From the IMG/VR virus record IMGVR_UViG_2687453534_000001: a stretch of 64,000 nucleotides of DNA, one strand, 5' to 3'. The notes beneath the pieces are model-generated. The model was given only the letters and a program-made list of their open reading frames with translations. It ran no database searches and had not been told where the DNA came from. Every line of letters begins with the position of its first letter. Position 1 is the first letter of the stretch. Made by a program: the position numbers and the translations under genes. This stretch comes from a virus. This document shows, one piece after another, positions 26,806 through 36,009 of the stretch.

Positions 26806-27798
26806 TTAAACTATCGCCGCAGTGAGCTTGTACCCATTGAGGACAAGTTGAATATGCTTTCCTGCGGGCATTTGGAAATCTGGCCAAATTACATCGAAGA
26901 TGATAGTGCATACGACAGCCGCGCCTCCCGCTGCGATGAACTGACCGACTGGGGTGGACTCTGCGGCCAGGAGCGCGCCGAGCCCGGCGCAGGACGTGAT
27001 AAATCCTGCTTTTGGCACGTCGGTGGCCATATTGGTGAGTTTCTTACTCTGCTCCTCAGTAAGATCAAGAGTGGCACGAGGTGCCCACTTGCACGCTCCT
27101 GTCACCGGGTCTTGAGGCCCCATGGCGCACCCTTTTTGAAGATCGACCGGCCGCTTGTCGTCCGGCCACTGATTTTGATCGGGTGTAGACGGTTGGGTTG
27201 GCTGCGGTGTCGGCGCCTGGGTAGGCGCTTGAGGTTGCTGCCCTTGCTGGGGTTGTTGCGGCGCTTGAAAATCCGGGTTGGGCTTTCCGGGGCCTTGGGT
27301 GTATCCGGGCGCTGTCGAGTAGTTGGGTGGTTGCGTACCGTGTGCCGGCTGGTCCCATCCCTGTTGCGGCTGCTGCTGACCGCCGGACTGGCCGCCTTGC
27401 TGGGGTGCTCCCTGTGCGCCGGTTTGGTAGATCGAGATGCCGTTGTCCTGATTCATCGGTGGCTGATTACCGCCCTGATATTGGGGCTGCTGTCCTGGCA
27501 TTTCAGGTGGCCTGAATTGGGAACCTCCGCCGTCTGTCATCCCACCTGTCGGCCCAGGCGGGCCGGACGGGTCGGCACCCACAGTCGCCATGGTGGAGAA
27601 ACCACTGCCTGGCGTGGTGTTGTCGCCCACCACCTGCACCGCGCCGATGACCACTGCTGCGGTAGCTATCACGGCCAACGACTTTCGAAGCGTCGGTGAT
27701 GTCGTTCGTGGCTCGGGCTGCGGCTTGATTGGGGATTGCAGCACTCGGCACCAGTGCGTCTCACGCGGATTGCTGTGATCTTGAATTTCGGGCTGCAT
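26806..27798 (-). CDS. Membrane protein with a long P/Q/G-rich low-complexity region and a Cys-containing C-terminal domain (moron gene 1 of 3)
   Basis: TM LAVIATAAVVIGAVQVV, then about 170 aa of PQG repeats, then a domain with four Cys. Confidence 0.6.
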   Translation of the reverse strand: MQPEIQDHSNPRETHWCRVLQSPIKPQPEPRTTSPTLRKSLAVIATAAVVIGAVQVVGDNTTPGSGFSTMATVGADPSGPPGPTGGMTDGGGSQFRPPEMPGQQPQYQGGNQPPMNQDNGISIYQTGAQGAPQQGGQSGGQQQPQQGWDQPAHGTQPPNYSTAPGYTQGPGKPNPDFQAPQQPQQGQQPQAPTQAPTPQPTQPSTPDQNQWPDDKRPVDLQKGCAMGPQDPVTGACKWAPRATLDLTEEQSKKLTNMATDVPKAGFITSCAGLGALLAAESTPVGQFIAAGGAAVVCTIIFDVIWPDFQMPAGKHIQLVLNGYKLTAAIV

Positions 27799-28003
27799 GG
27801 GGACAACTTAGACGATTTCGAGCTGCGCTGGTAGTGGACGGCGTCAACTCTTTTAAAAGTTTGCGACTGGTTTACCGGCGACCTACTTGAAGGTAGCCGT
27901 TGTCAGTGGTGACCCCTTTGAGCTCCCGTCGGAATGTTCAGGCGTTCTACGCAGCCAGTAAACGGCCAATCAGGCGCGCGCAACGCGCACAAAGGAGCAC
28001 ATC

Positions 28004-28483
28004 ATGGCCGGAGTAGGCCCTACCCCGAAAGACCCAAGTCGGCGAGCAAGACGCAATGCAGGGCCTACGCCGCTGCGCATCATCCCGGCGACTCCCGTCG
28101 AGCAGCCTCCGCTACCGCAGTTCGACCTTGAGGTCAGCGTTGACGGTCAGATCGTCGCCCAACAGTTCAAGTGGCCCGCGCGGACAGTTGAGTGGTGGCA
28201 GATGTGGAAGGACTCGCCGCTGTCGAGCGAGTTTACTTCCACCGACTGGTCAGAACTGCTCGATACTGCTGTGCTGCACGCCCGGTACTGGAGCGGCGAC
28301 GTGAAAGTCGCCGCCGAATTGCGTTTGCGCGTTGCCAAATTCGGCGCGACTCCGGAAGATCGCGCCCGCTTGCGCATTCAGTTCGCCGCAGCCAATGAGG
28401 CGGACAAGAAGGCCAACGAGCCGGGCGCCAAGCCAAATGGCGGGTCCAAAGGGCGGTACGGGCCGCTGGGGTCGACGGGTTAG
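28004..28483 (+). CDS. terS: Terminase small subunit
   Basis: AAAGGAG RBS. Basic N-terminus. Directly precedes TerL. Confidence 0.6.
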   Translation: MAGVGPTPKDPSRRARRNAGPTPLRIIPATPVEQPPLPQFDLEVSVDGQIVAQQFKWPARTVEWWQMWKDSPLSSEFTSTDWSELLDTAVLHARYWSGDVKVAAELRLRVAKFGATPEDRARLRIQFAAANEADKKANEPGAKPNGGSKGRYGPLGSTG

Positions 28484-30226
28484 TTGCCCTGGAAGCCAAC
28501 GGTTCCGGGTGAGCGTCCCACGCTCGGCTGGGCCGTACTCGACTGGATAACCGAGTACCTCCAAGTCGTTGACGGCCCCAGCCTGGGTGAGCCGCTGATC
28601 TTCACGCCGGAACAGGCGCATTTCGTCGCGCGGCTCTACGAAGTGGACCCGCTGTTCAAGCCTGGCACCGCGATCGTCGGCCGAGCGATGAACAACGGCC
28701 GGCTGATCCGCCGTGCGGTGCTCTCCCGGCCCAAGGGCTGGGGCAAGTCGCCGCTGGTGGCGGCGCTGTGCATCGTCGAGGCGATCGGCGATGTGGTCAT
28801 GGACGGCTGGGATGCTGATGGCCAACCCGTAGGCCGCCCCTGGGTCGATCTCGGCATCAAGCCGAAGGTCCAGATCATCGCCGTCTCAGAGGATCAGACC
28901 GCCAATACCTGGGACCCATGCCTGGACATGGTGCGCAGCAGCGATCGGCTGCTCGATGACTACGACGTTGACCCGATGGAAACGTTCATCACGGTTCCGC
29001 GCGGACGAATTGAGGCCGTCACGTCGGCGGGTGTCAGCCGTGAAGGTTTCCGACCCGTCTTCACCGCAATGGATCAGACCGAGAGCTGGACCGAGACCAA
29101 TGGCGGCCTGCGGCTCGCTGGGACCATCCGTCGCAACCTCGGCAAGGTCAACGGCTGCTCGGTCGAGACGCCGAACGCTTTCCTACCCGGTGAGAACACC
29201 GTCGCCGAGCGTTCGTGGAAGACGTATCAGGCGCAGCTTATTCGTGCGGAGCGCCCACAGGGTGAGGGCCGGGTGCCTGGCGGGCTCTACTACGATCACC
29301 GCGAAGCACCACCGGAAACCGACCCATCCGACTACGACTCGCTGCGCGAGGGGCTGCGCGTGTCGTACGGCGAGTCAGCCGATGACAACGGCGGATGGGT
29401 CAACCTTGATCGCATCATCCAAGAGTATTGGGATGACGACACCGATCCGCAGGACGCGCGCCGGTACTACCTGAACCAGATCACCCACGCGTCGGACCAG
29501 TGGATCAGTCAGATCGAGTGGAGCGCGATTCGCGTTGGTGCCGAGGACAAGCCAGACCCGAACCCCATCAAGCCGGGTGATTTCATCGCGGTTGGGTTCG
29601 ACGGCTCACGCGGCCGTCAGCGTGGAAAGGCTGACGCCACGGCGCTGATCGGGTGCCGCATCCATGACGGCCGACTGTTCACCATCGGCATTTGGCAGGC
29701 CGAGAAACACGAAAAGAACTGGGTACCTCCGGTTCACGAGGTGGATGCCGCGGTACGCAAGACGTTCGCAGACTTCCGGGTCATCGCGTTCAACGCCGAC
29801 CCAACCGGCTGGACTGAGCAAGTCGTGGCCTGGGAAAAGGACTTCGGGCGACGGCTCAAGGTCAAGTGCTCCGTCAAGAATCCGATGATGGCCTGGCCAA
29901 AGGGTAAGGGCATCAACGTAGTCGAGCACATCGAGATTTTCCGTCACGCCGTCGTCACGTCGGGTCAGGATGCTGGCGCGGAAGACTCCGTCATCACGAT
30001 CAGCCACAGCGGCGATCTCGCGCTGACACAGCACATCCTCAACGCACGAAAGCGCGCCGCCAGCCGCGGCTACCTGATCCACAAGGCATATCCAGAGTCC
30101 CCCAACAAAATTGACGCCGCGTACGCGGCGGTCATGGCGTACAAGGGGCGGCTCGACTGCTACGCCCAGGGTATCGGCGTACGCGTCAACTCATCTAGCC
30201 AGGGAAGGATGGTAGTGCTCGGATGA
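28484..30226 (+). CDS. terL: Terminase large subunit
   Basis: TTG start. ATPase motif PKGWGKSPLVAALCIVEA. 580 aa. Confidence 0.9.
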   Translation: MPWKPTVPGERPTLGWAVLDWITEYLQVVDGPSLGEPLIFTPEQAHFVARLYEVDPLFKPGTAIVGRAMNNGRLIRRAVLSRPKGWGKSPLVAALCIVEAIGDVVMDGWDADGQPVGRPWVDLGIKPKVQIIAVSEDQTANTWDPCLDMVRSSDRLLDDYDVDPMETFITVPRGRIEAVTSAGVSREGFRPVFTAMDQTESWTETNGGLRLAGTIRRNLGKVNGCSVETPNAFLPGENTVAERSWKTYQAQLIRAERPQGEGRVPGGLYYDHREAPPETDPSDYDSLREGLRVSYGESADDNGGWVNLDRIIQEYWDDDTDPQDARRYYLNQITHASDQWISQIEWSAIRVGAEDKPDPNPIKPGDFIAVGFDGSRGRQRGKADATALIGCRIHDGRLFTIGIWQAEKHEKNWVPPVHEVDAAVRKTFADFRVIAFNADPTGWTEQVVAWEKDFGRRLKVKCSVKNPMMAWPKGKGINVVEHIEIFRHAVVTSGQDAGAEDSVITISHSGDLALTQHILNARKRAASRGYLIHKAYPESPNKIDAAYAAVMAYKGRLDCYAQGIGVRVNSSSQGRMVVLG

Positions 30227-31713
30227 CCACTGCAATCGCGCTGCCGTCGCTTCAATTGTCGAAGGACGAACAAGCCGTACTGATGGATCTGACTACTCAG
30301 CTCCAGAGGCACCAGGGCGAGAACCTGATCAAAGAGCAGTACTACGAGGCCAAGCGCCGAATGGAAGACCTAAAAATCGCCATTCCGCCAACGCTTTCCA
30401 ACCTGATGTGCTGCGTAGGTTGGCCCGCCGTCGCCGTTGACAGTCTGGTAGAGCGGCTGAACTTTGAGGGCTGGTCATACGAGGGTGACGGCGAGGACCG
30501 CGACCCGCTGGGGCTCGATGAGATCTTCCTGGAGAACGATCTCGATGTCGAGTCGGATGTCAACCACACAGACGGCCTGATGTACGGAACCTCCTTTGTG
30601 GCTGTTTCTTCCGGTCTCGATGATGAGCCTGAAGTGGTCGTGACGGTGGAGTCGCCGCGGAACATGACCGCGATCTACGACCCTCGGACGCGTCGCGCCA
30701 CCTCGGCGTTCTTGCAGATCGTTGACCGTGAGCAGCGGGTGGTAGGTGGGCGGTTGATACTGCCCAACGAAATCATCGCCCTGGAATGCGTTCCCATGGA
30801 ACTCAGCGCGGCGGGCGTGGGCAATATGCGTGTGGTCGACCGCAACAAACACAATCTAGAGCGCGTGCTTGTGGCGCAGATGATCAACCGGCCACGGTCG
30901 GGTGCGCGCGGCCGCAATGGTCACTCTGAGATCACCGAAACCCTTATCTCGCATACACAGTCGGGTATGCGGACCCTGGCCAACATGGAGGTGGCCCGCG
31001 AGTACTTGGCATCCCCGCAGCGGGCGGTGCTCGGCGCGAAGGAATCGTTCTTTGTCGGCGAGGACGGTAAGCCAGTCCCGGCGTGGAAGTCCTACATCGG
31101 CCGCATGATCGCGCTGGAGCGCGACGAGTACGGCGAGATCCCGGACATCAAGGAATTCAAGGGCGCCAGCCTGGAATCGTTCTTCGGCCAGATGCGCACC
31201 CTCAGCCAGCTCGTATCCTCCGAAATCGCAGTCCCTGCAAATTATTTGGGCTTTGAGACAGACAACCCGCCATCTGCCGACGCGATCCGGTCGCTAGAGG
31301 GTCGCCACGTCAAACGCGCAGAGCAGCGCCAGAAGACATTTGGCCGCGGCTGGTCGGAGACCGCGCGGCTGTGCGTGATGGTGCGTGAAGGCAAGAAGTT
31401 CAACGAACTGCCCGGCGAGATTCGCAAGGTACGCCCCCAGTGGCGCGACGCCGCAACGCCGACCTTCGCGGCCACATCCGACGCGGTGACCAAGCTCATC
31501 GACAAGGGCGTTTACACGCCGACATCGCGTGTCACCCGCGACAAGCTGGGAATCAGTCGGGCTGATCAGCGACAGATGGAGATTGACGATAAGAAGACGA
31601 CGGTCACGAACCTCGTCGCGTCGGTCCGTCAGGGTGTCGAGAATGCGCGCCAGGACAGCCAGGTAGCGTCCCTGGCTGACCGTAGAGCGGCATCTGTTGG
31701 CCAGCCTGGTTGA
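30223..31713 (+). CDS. Portal protein
   Basis: 496 aa following TerL with ATGA coupling. Confidence 0.85.
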   Translation: MTTAIALPSLQLSKDEQAVLMDLTTQLQRHQGENLIKEQYYEAKRRMEDLKIAIPPTLSNLMCCVGWPAVAVDSLVERLNFEGWSYEGDGEDRDPLGLDEIFLENDLDVESDVNHTDGLMYGTSFVAVSSGLDDEPEVVVTVESPRNMTAIYDPRTRRATSAFLQIVDREQRVVGGRLILPNEIIALECVPMELSAAGVGNMRVVDRNKHNLERVLVAQMINRPRSGARGRNGHSEITETLISHTQSGMRTLANMEVAREYLASPQRAVLGAKESFFVGEDGKPVPAWKSYIGRMIALERDEYGEIPDIKEFKGASLESFFGQMRTLSQLVSSEIAVPANYLGFETDNPPSADAIRSLEGRHVKRAEQRQKTFGRGWSETARLCVMVREGKKFNELPGEIRKVRPQWRDAATPTFAATSDAVTKLIDKGVYTPTSRVTRDKLGISRADQRQMEIDDKKTTVTNLVASVRQGVENARQDSQVASLADRRAASVGQPG

Positions 31714-34700
31714 GCAGGCTCAAGCGCTCCAGGGCGTTCTGGGTGATCTTACTACGCTGTCCACCAAAGATCTTGTGGGCCTGTACAAGAAGCTCGAAAG
31801 CGACGGCGCGACGGGTGCCGACCTGCTGGACGCGTTCAAGGCCGTTTTCCCCGAGGTTGTACAGCCCTACGTCGAGGCCGCATCCCAGGTCGCGAATCAG
31901 TGGTACGGGGAGCTGGCACCTGATGAGCCCTACACACCAAAAGCGGTTGACGCGATTGACGCGGTGCCACAAGACCGCATGATGAACTCGCTGGAGTGGG
32001 CGTTTCGCGCAGCTGGCACCGCTCATCCGCTGACCCGGCTGACGGGTTCGGCACAGCGCATGGTGTTCGACGGTGCTCGCGCGACGATTCTGCGCAACGC
32101 CGACGCCGAGAAGGTCAAGTACTCGCGCCTGGCGTCGCCGGGTGCGTGCGAGTTCTGCCGAGTGATGGCCACGCGCGGAGCGGTATACCGCAGCGCTCAC
32201 GCGGCGCAGGCCGGCCATGACAACTGCCATTGCGTGCCGGCTGTCGCTCGCGGAAAGCTCAAGTTCCAGCGTCCGGGGTATTACCAGGACTGGGACGCCG
32301 AGTACATCGACACGGTCAAACAGCTCGAAGCTGAGCAGATCAAGCCGACGCTCAACGCGGTCCTGTCGAAAATGCGGGCCAACGAACTGGCCGCGTCAGA
32401 CAGCGGGCCAACACTGGTAGCGATGTCTACCAAGAAGTCACCGGCGCCAGCAGACATGGCCAAGTGGCTTGATGCCGAGAAACAGCATCAGTACGACGTG
32501 TCAGCGTGGTTGTCGGCCGAGAAGAGTCACACCAAGAAGTTGGCCAAGGCCGCGGCGCAGGCCAAATACGTGGCCAAGAAGAAGGCGACCGCCGAATGGC
32601 TGGCGGCCGAGCAGCAGCACCAGGCCGACGTGTCGGCGTGGCTGGTGGCCGAGAAGGACTTCACCAAGAAGAAAGCGAAGGCGGCGGCGCAGGCCAAGTA
32701 TGTGGCCAACAAGAAGGCCGCCGCCAATACCGTCGCGTGGCTCAAAGCCGAGCAGGTCTACAACGAACAGCAGACATTGCTTGAGATGGCAGCCGAGGCA
32801 GCCAAGGCATCCGCGAAGGTCGCCGCAATGGCCAACGCGGCGGCGAACGTCGATCTCAAGAAGGCGTCCAAGGCGCTGGCGGCGGCCAAGCACGCGGCGA
32901 AGAAGAAGGGCGACACCACCAAGTACGACGCACTGGCCAAGATGACACCCGCCGAGTATGCGGCATCCAAGGGTGGGGTGGCCGCGCCGAAAGCCACGAC
33001 AACGATCACCGCGAAGGTCACCACCCCGGAGACCGCGGCGACGGCGGGCATCGGCACCGTCAGCACCGCCACCAAGCCCAAGGCTGTCGTTGGTGCGCTG
33101 ACCGACTCACCGAGCGCTCTCGCCAGCACCGGCCAGGTTCTCGGTACTCACGGCGCCACCGTGTACACCGACTCCACGTCTCAGAAGTGGTTGGTCAAGG
33201 GTCCCAAGAACCCGAATGATCAATTCCTGGTCACGCTGGATGCGGCATCCGCTGAGCTGCAAGCGAAGTCGGGCTTGACTACACCGGCGATGTACATCAT
33301 GACGGTAGGCGGCAAGCGTCAGTCCGTTCAGTACATGTTCCCCGGCAGCAAGAGTGCCTTTCCTTCTGGGGTTGACCTGTCCACAATCAGTGAACCTGAT
33401 CTGTTGACGATCCAGAAGCATCACGCGCTCGACTGGCTGATGGGTAACCACGACAGTCATGCCGGGCAGTTCATCCGTGCTGGTAGCGGTGAGATTGTCG
33501 GAATCGACAAGGGCCAAGCTTTCAAGTATTTCACCGGCGACAAGCTGGACTGGAACTATCACCCCAACGTCAAGCACGGCACGCCAGAACCCATTTACAA
33601 CACGCTGTTTCGACAGTACGCCGAAGGCAAGCCCGGTAAGTTGCTCAATCCCTCGGGCGGCGAGCTAGCGGACTACATCCAAGGTCTACAGGCGATCCCA
33701 GACAAGGAGATCCGCAACCTATTCCGGCCCTACGCCGAGGGTGCGGTCAAACAGGGAAAGCTGTTGGTCGAGGCCAACGGTAGCACTCCGACGAACAATG
33801 TTGACGCGTTCCTAGAAGCCGTTGTTGCCAGAAAGAACGGTCTCGCAAACGATCTGAGCGCGTACTACGTCAAGGCTGTCGAAAAGCGCCTGACGAAAAC
33901 CAAAGTCAAGGGTGAGGTCACCACCGTGACGCCGGGGATGACCATCACGCAGGGTGACTTCCTACCACCAACTCCGATCCCGACTGGTCCGACGCCGGTC
34001 CTGTCTGGAGACGCGCTCAAGAAGGCTGGTAAGGCGCTCGCATCAGCCAAGTACCTGGCGAAGAAGAAGGGGGACACCGCCAACTTCGCTCAACTGTCGA
34101 AGATGACACCCGAGCAATACTGGCAGATGAAGAACGGCAATGGGCCTAGCCAACCTGTTGCGGCACAGTCTGTTACGAAGCCTGCGAAGGGGACAAAGTC
34201 CGCCAAGTTACTTGAATGGGAAAAAGAATTCCTGAAGACGTCCGGGTCGAGTGGGTTCTTCCAGCCTGTCAAGGCGTACGCGGTCGAGAAGGGTATCAAG
34301 CTCTCCGAGGCCATCCCCGAATTCGACAAAGAGTTCGGTATCGCGGCGCTCACCACTGATCAGTTGGCGAACCTGCTGGGCTACTACGACGTTGGGGTCC
34401 AGACCAAATGGCTCGGCAAGTACGGTGACGCACTCGGCGACGACATGGCCAAGAATGTGCTGGACAAGCTCAAAGCCCAGGGTAACTCCAAGATCAAAGA
34501 ACCTCCGAAACCTGTTGTCATTAAACAGGGGACGAAGTACACCCCCGAGCATGAGCAGCCCGCGGGCGAGCTGGCCAAGCTCGGCAAGACGGTTATCGCC
34601 AACTCCAAGGCCCCCGTCGGATCTGCCGACAACCCGCACGTTTTCGATGCCAGCGGCAAGGCGGTTGAGTGGCAGCAGTTCGGCTCGCTGATGTCGCCAC

Positions 34701-35254
34701 AGAATGCCTCGGCTTGGAAATCCGACCAGCACAGTGCCATCAAGTCGTACACCGGCAGCGGCTACAGCACAATGAACGCACACGCTCGCGAAGACAAAGT
34801 GCCGTCAGCCAAAACCAAGGCGCTCGATTCGGCGTTCTACGAGCACAATCCGTTTGAGGAGCACATCGTGCTCAGCCGCGGTACGCACGCTGTCGAGTTC
34901 AACGACGAGAACAGTCTGGGAATGAAGTTCAGTTTCGGCGCTGACATCGATGCGCTCAAGGTGCTGGAGGGTGAGACGTACATCTCCAAGTCCTTCCTGT
35001 CCACGTCGATCACCACCACGCCGGCATTCCACAACCCGGTTCGCGTGCTCTACAAGATGAAGCCAGGTCAGCGCGGCATCTTCGTCTCGGGTACACCAGA
35101 CGGAATGGATCAACTGACCTCCGTCGGAACCCACGAGCGCGAGGTTATCCTTCCCCGTAACCAGAAGATGAAGGTGCTGGAAGTGCGCAAGTCAACCGGG
35201 TCGTCACAGTTCAAGGTTGACGTGATCGTGGAGGTGGTGGATCAACCTGTCTAA
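31697..35254 (+). CDS. MuF-like head morphogenesis protein fused to Lys/Ala-rich repeats, an atypical kinase-like segment and a C-terminal R-S-E ADP-ribosyltransferase domain
   Basis: MuF region CEFCRVMATRGAVY...HDNCHC. Repeats about 32460-32780, 32860-32980 and 34020-34140. ART motifs Y-x-x-x-x-Y..N, SRG (Arg), FLSTS (STS) and HEREV (ExE) in the last 200 aa. Confidence 0.85.
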   Translation: MASLVEQAQALQGVLGDLTTLSTKDLVGLYKKLESDGATGADLLDAFKAVFPEVVQPYVEAASQVANQWYGELAPDEPYTPKAVDAIDAVPQDRMMNSLEWAFRAAGTAHPLTRLTGSAQRMVFDGARATILRNADAEKVKYSRLASPGACEFCRVMATRGAVYRSAHAAQAGHDNCHCVPAVARGKLKFQRPGYYQDWDAEYIDTVKQLEAEQIKPTLNAVLSKMRANELAASDSGPTLVAMSTKKSPAPADMAKWLDAEKQHQYDVSAWLSAEKSHTKKLAKAAAQAKYVAKKKATAEWLAAEQQHQADVSAWLVAEKDFTKKKAKAAAQAKYVANKKAAANTVAWLKAEQVYNEQQTLLEMAAEAAKASAKVAAMANAAANVDLKKASKALAAAKHAAKKKGDTTKYDALAKMTPAEYAASKGGVAAPKATTTITAKVTTPETAATAGIGTVSTATKPKAVVGALTDSPSALASTGQVLGTHGATVYTDSTSQKWLVKGPKNPNDQFLVTLDAASAELQAKSGLTTPAMYIMTVGGKRQSVQYMFPGSKSAFPSGVDLSTISEPDLLTIQKHHALDWLMGNHDSHAGQFIRAGSGEIVGIDKGQAFKYFTGDKLDWNYHPNVKHGTPEPIYNTLFRQYAEGKPGKLLNPSGGELADYIQGLQAIPDKEIRNLFRPYAEGAVKQGKLLVEANGSTPTNNVDAFLEAVVARKNGLANDLSAYYVKAVEKRLTKTKVKGEVTTVTPGMTITQGDFLPPTPIPTGPTPVLSGDALKKAGKALASAKYLAKKKGDTANFAQLSKMTPEQYWQMKNGNGPSQPVAAQSVTKPAKGTKSAKLLEWEKEFLKTSGSSGFFQPVKAYAVEKGIKLSEAIPEFDKEFGIAALTTDQLANLLGYYDVGVQTKWLGKYGDALGDDMAKNVLDKLKAQGNSKIKEPPKPVVIKQGTKYTPEHEQPAGELAKLGKTVIANSKAPVGSADNPHVFDASGKAVEWQQFGSLMSPQNASAWKSDQHSAIKSYTGSGYSTMNAHAREDKVPSAKTKALDSAFYEHNPFEEHIVLSRGTHAVEFNDENSLGMKFSFGADIDALKVLEGETYISKSFLSTSITTTPAFHNPVRVLYKMKPGQRGIFVSGTPDGMDQLTSVGTHEREVILPRNQKMKVLEVRKSTGSSQFKVDVIVEVVDQPV

Positions 35255-35273
35255 TCCCATCCCCACACGCTGG

Positions 35274-35642
35274 TTGCCCAACGGCGTATACGACATCATC
35301 AGCGCCGAGCTGGGCGCGTTCTATGACCAGCCGGATTATCCCGGCGCACGCACTGGCGCTGGGCGTTACGTCGACCTCTTTCAGGACCCGGAGCTGGAAC
35401 ATCCAGTCGGGCGACTCTGGACCAACGACAAAGACGCCTGCGGTCTGCTGCATGTGGCAGACGGCGATGAGGTGCTGTACGCCTACGTTGCGCTATCAAT
35501 TCGTCGCGAGCTACATCAGGGGAGTGCCGCGAAGAACACCTTTGAGCACATGTGCGCAGAGTGGAATGAAGACGGCACGCTTACGACGACAAATCTCGCG
35601 GATATTGAAGACTCCGCGATTGCACTCAACGCAGACCTGTAG
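35274..35642 (+). CDS. Hypothetical acidic protein immediately downstream of the MuF-ART gene (candidate immunity/inhibitor)
   Basis: TTG start. GC3 about 70%. Followed by a strong terminator. Confidence 0.5.
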   Translation: MPNGVYDIISAELGAFYDQPDYPGARTGAGRYVDLFQDPELEHPVGRLWTNDKDACGLLHVADGDEVLYAYVALSIRRELHQGSAAKNTFEHMCAEWNEDGTLTTTNLADIEDSAIALNADL

Positions 35643-35654
35643 AACCAAATAGTT

Positions 35655-35690
35655 AAGGCCCCTAACGGGATTTCGTTAGGGGCCTTTTGC
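35655..35690. terminator. Bidirectional rho-independent terminator
   Basis: AAGGCCCCTAAC-gggatttc-GTTAGGGGCCTT followed by TTT. Confidence 0.7.
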
Positions 35691-35698
35691 GTGCCTGG

Positions 35699-35881
35699 TT
35701 ACGGATGAATTCCTTGCTCCCAGCATAGATAGAACTGGGCAACGGTCTCCGCCCATTCGACGCGGCGTTTCACACGTTTCGCGTACCACTTCGCGAACTG
35801 CTCGCCCATTTCGGCATCAACGCACGCGTTGTACCGCACCCATTCCAGCGCCTCTCGGTAGTCCTCATCCGTGGTCTTCAT
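35699..35881 (-). CDS. Small hypothetical protein (60 aa)
   Basis: MKTTDEDYREALEW... The rest of the 245-aa track ORF is antisense to the scaffold gene. Confidence 0.4.
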   Translation of the reverse strand: MKTTDEDYREALEWVRYNACVDAEMGEQFAKWYAKRVKRRVEWAETVAQFYLCWEQGIHP

Positions 35882-35935
35882 GGTAGAGCACTCTACCACC
35901 GAATTGGTAGAGACGTATACCACCCTCACCGCACA
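35882..35935. promoter_or_regulatory. GGTAGAG palindrome/repeat (GGTAGAGcaCTCTACC, then a second GGTAGAG); candidate operator/promoter
   Basis: The same motif family recurs at 61161-61226. Confidence 0.4.
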
Positions 35936-36009
35936 AATCTTCCGCTCACACCCGAGCGGATCGCCCGAAACGGGCGCCCCCTCTATGCGAAACGCAGGAG
36001 AGATCTCAC

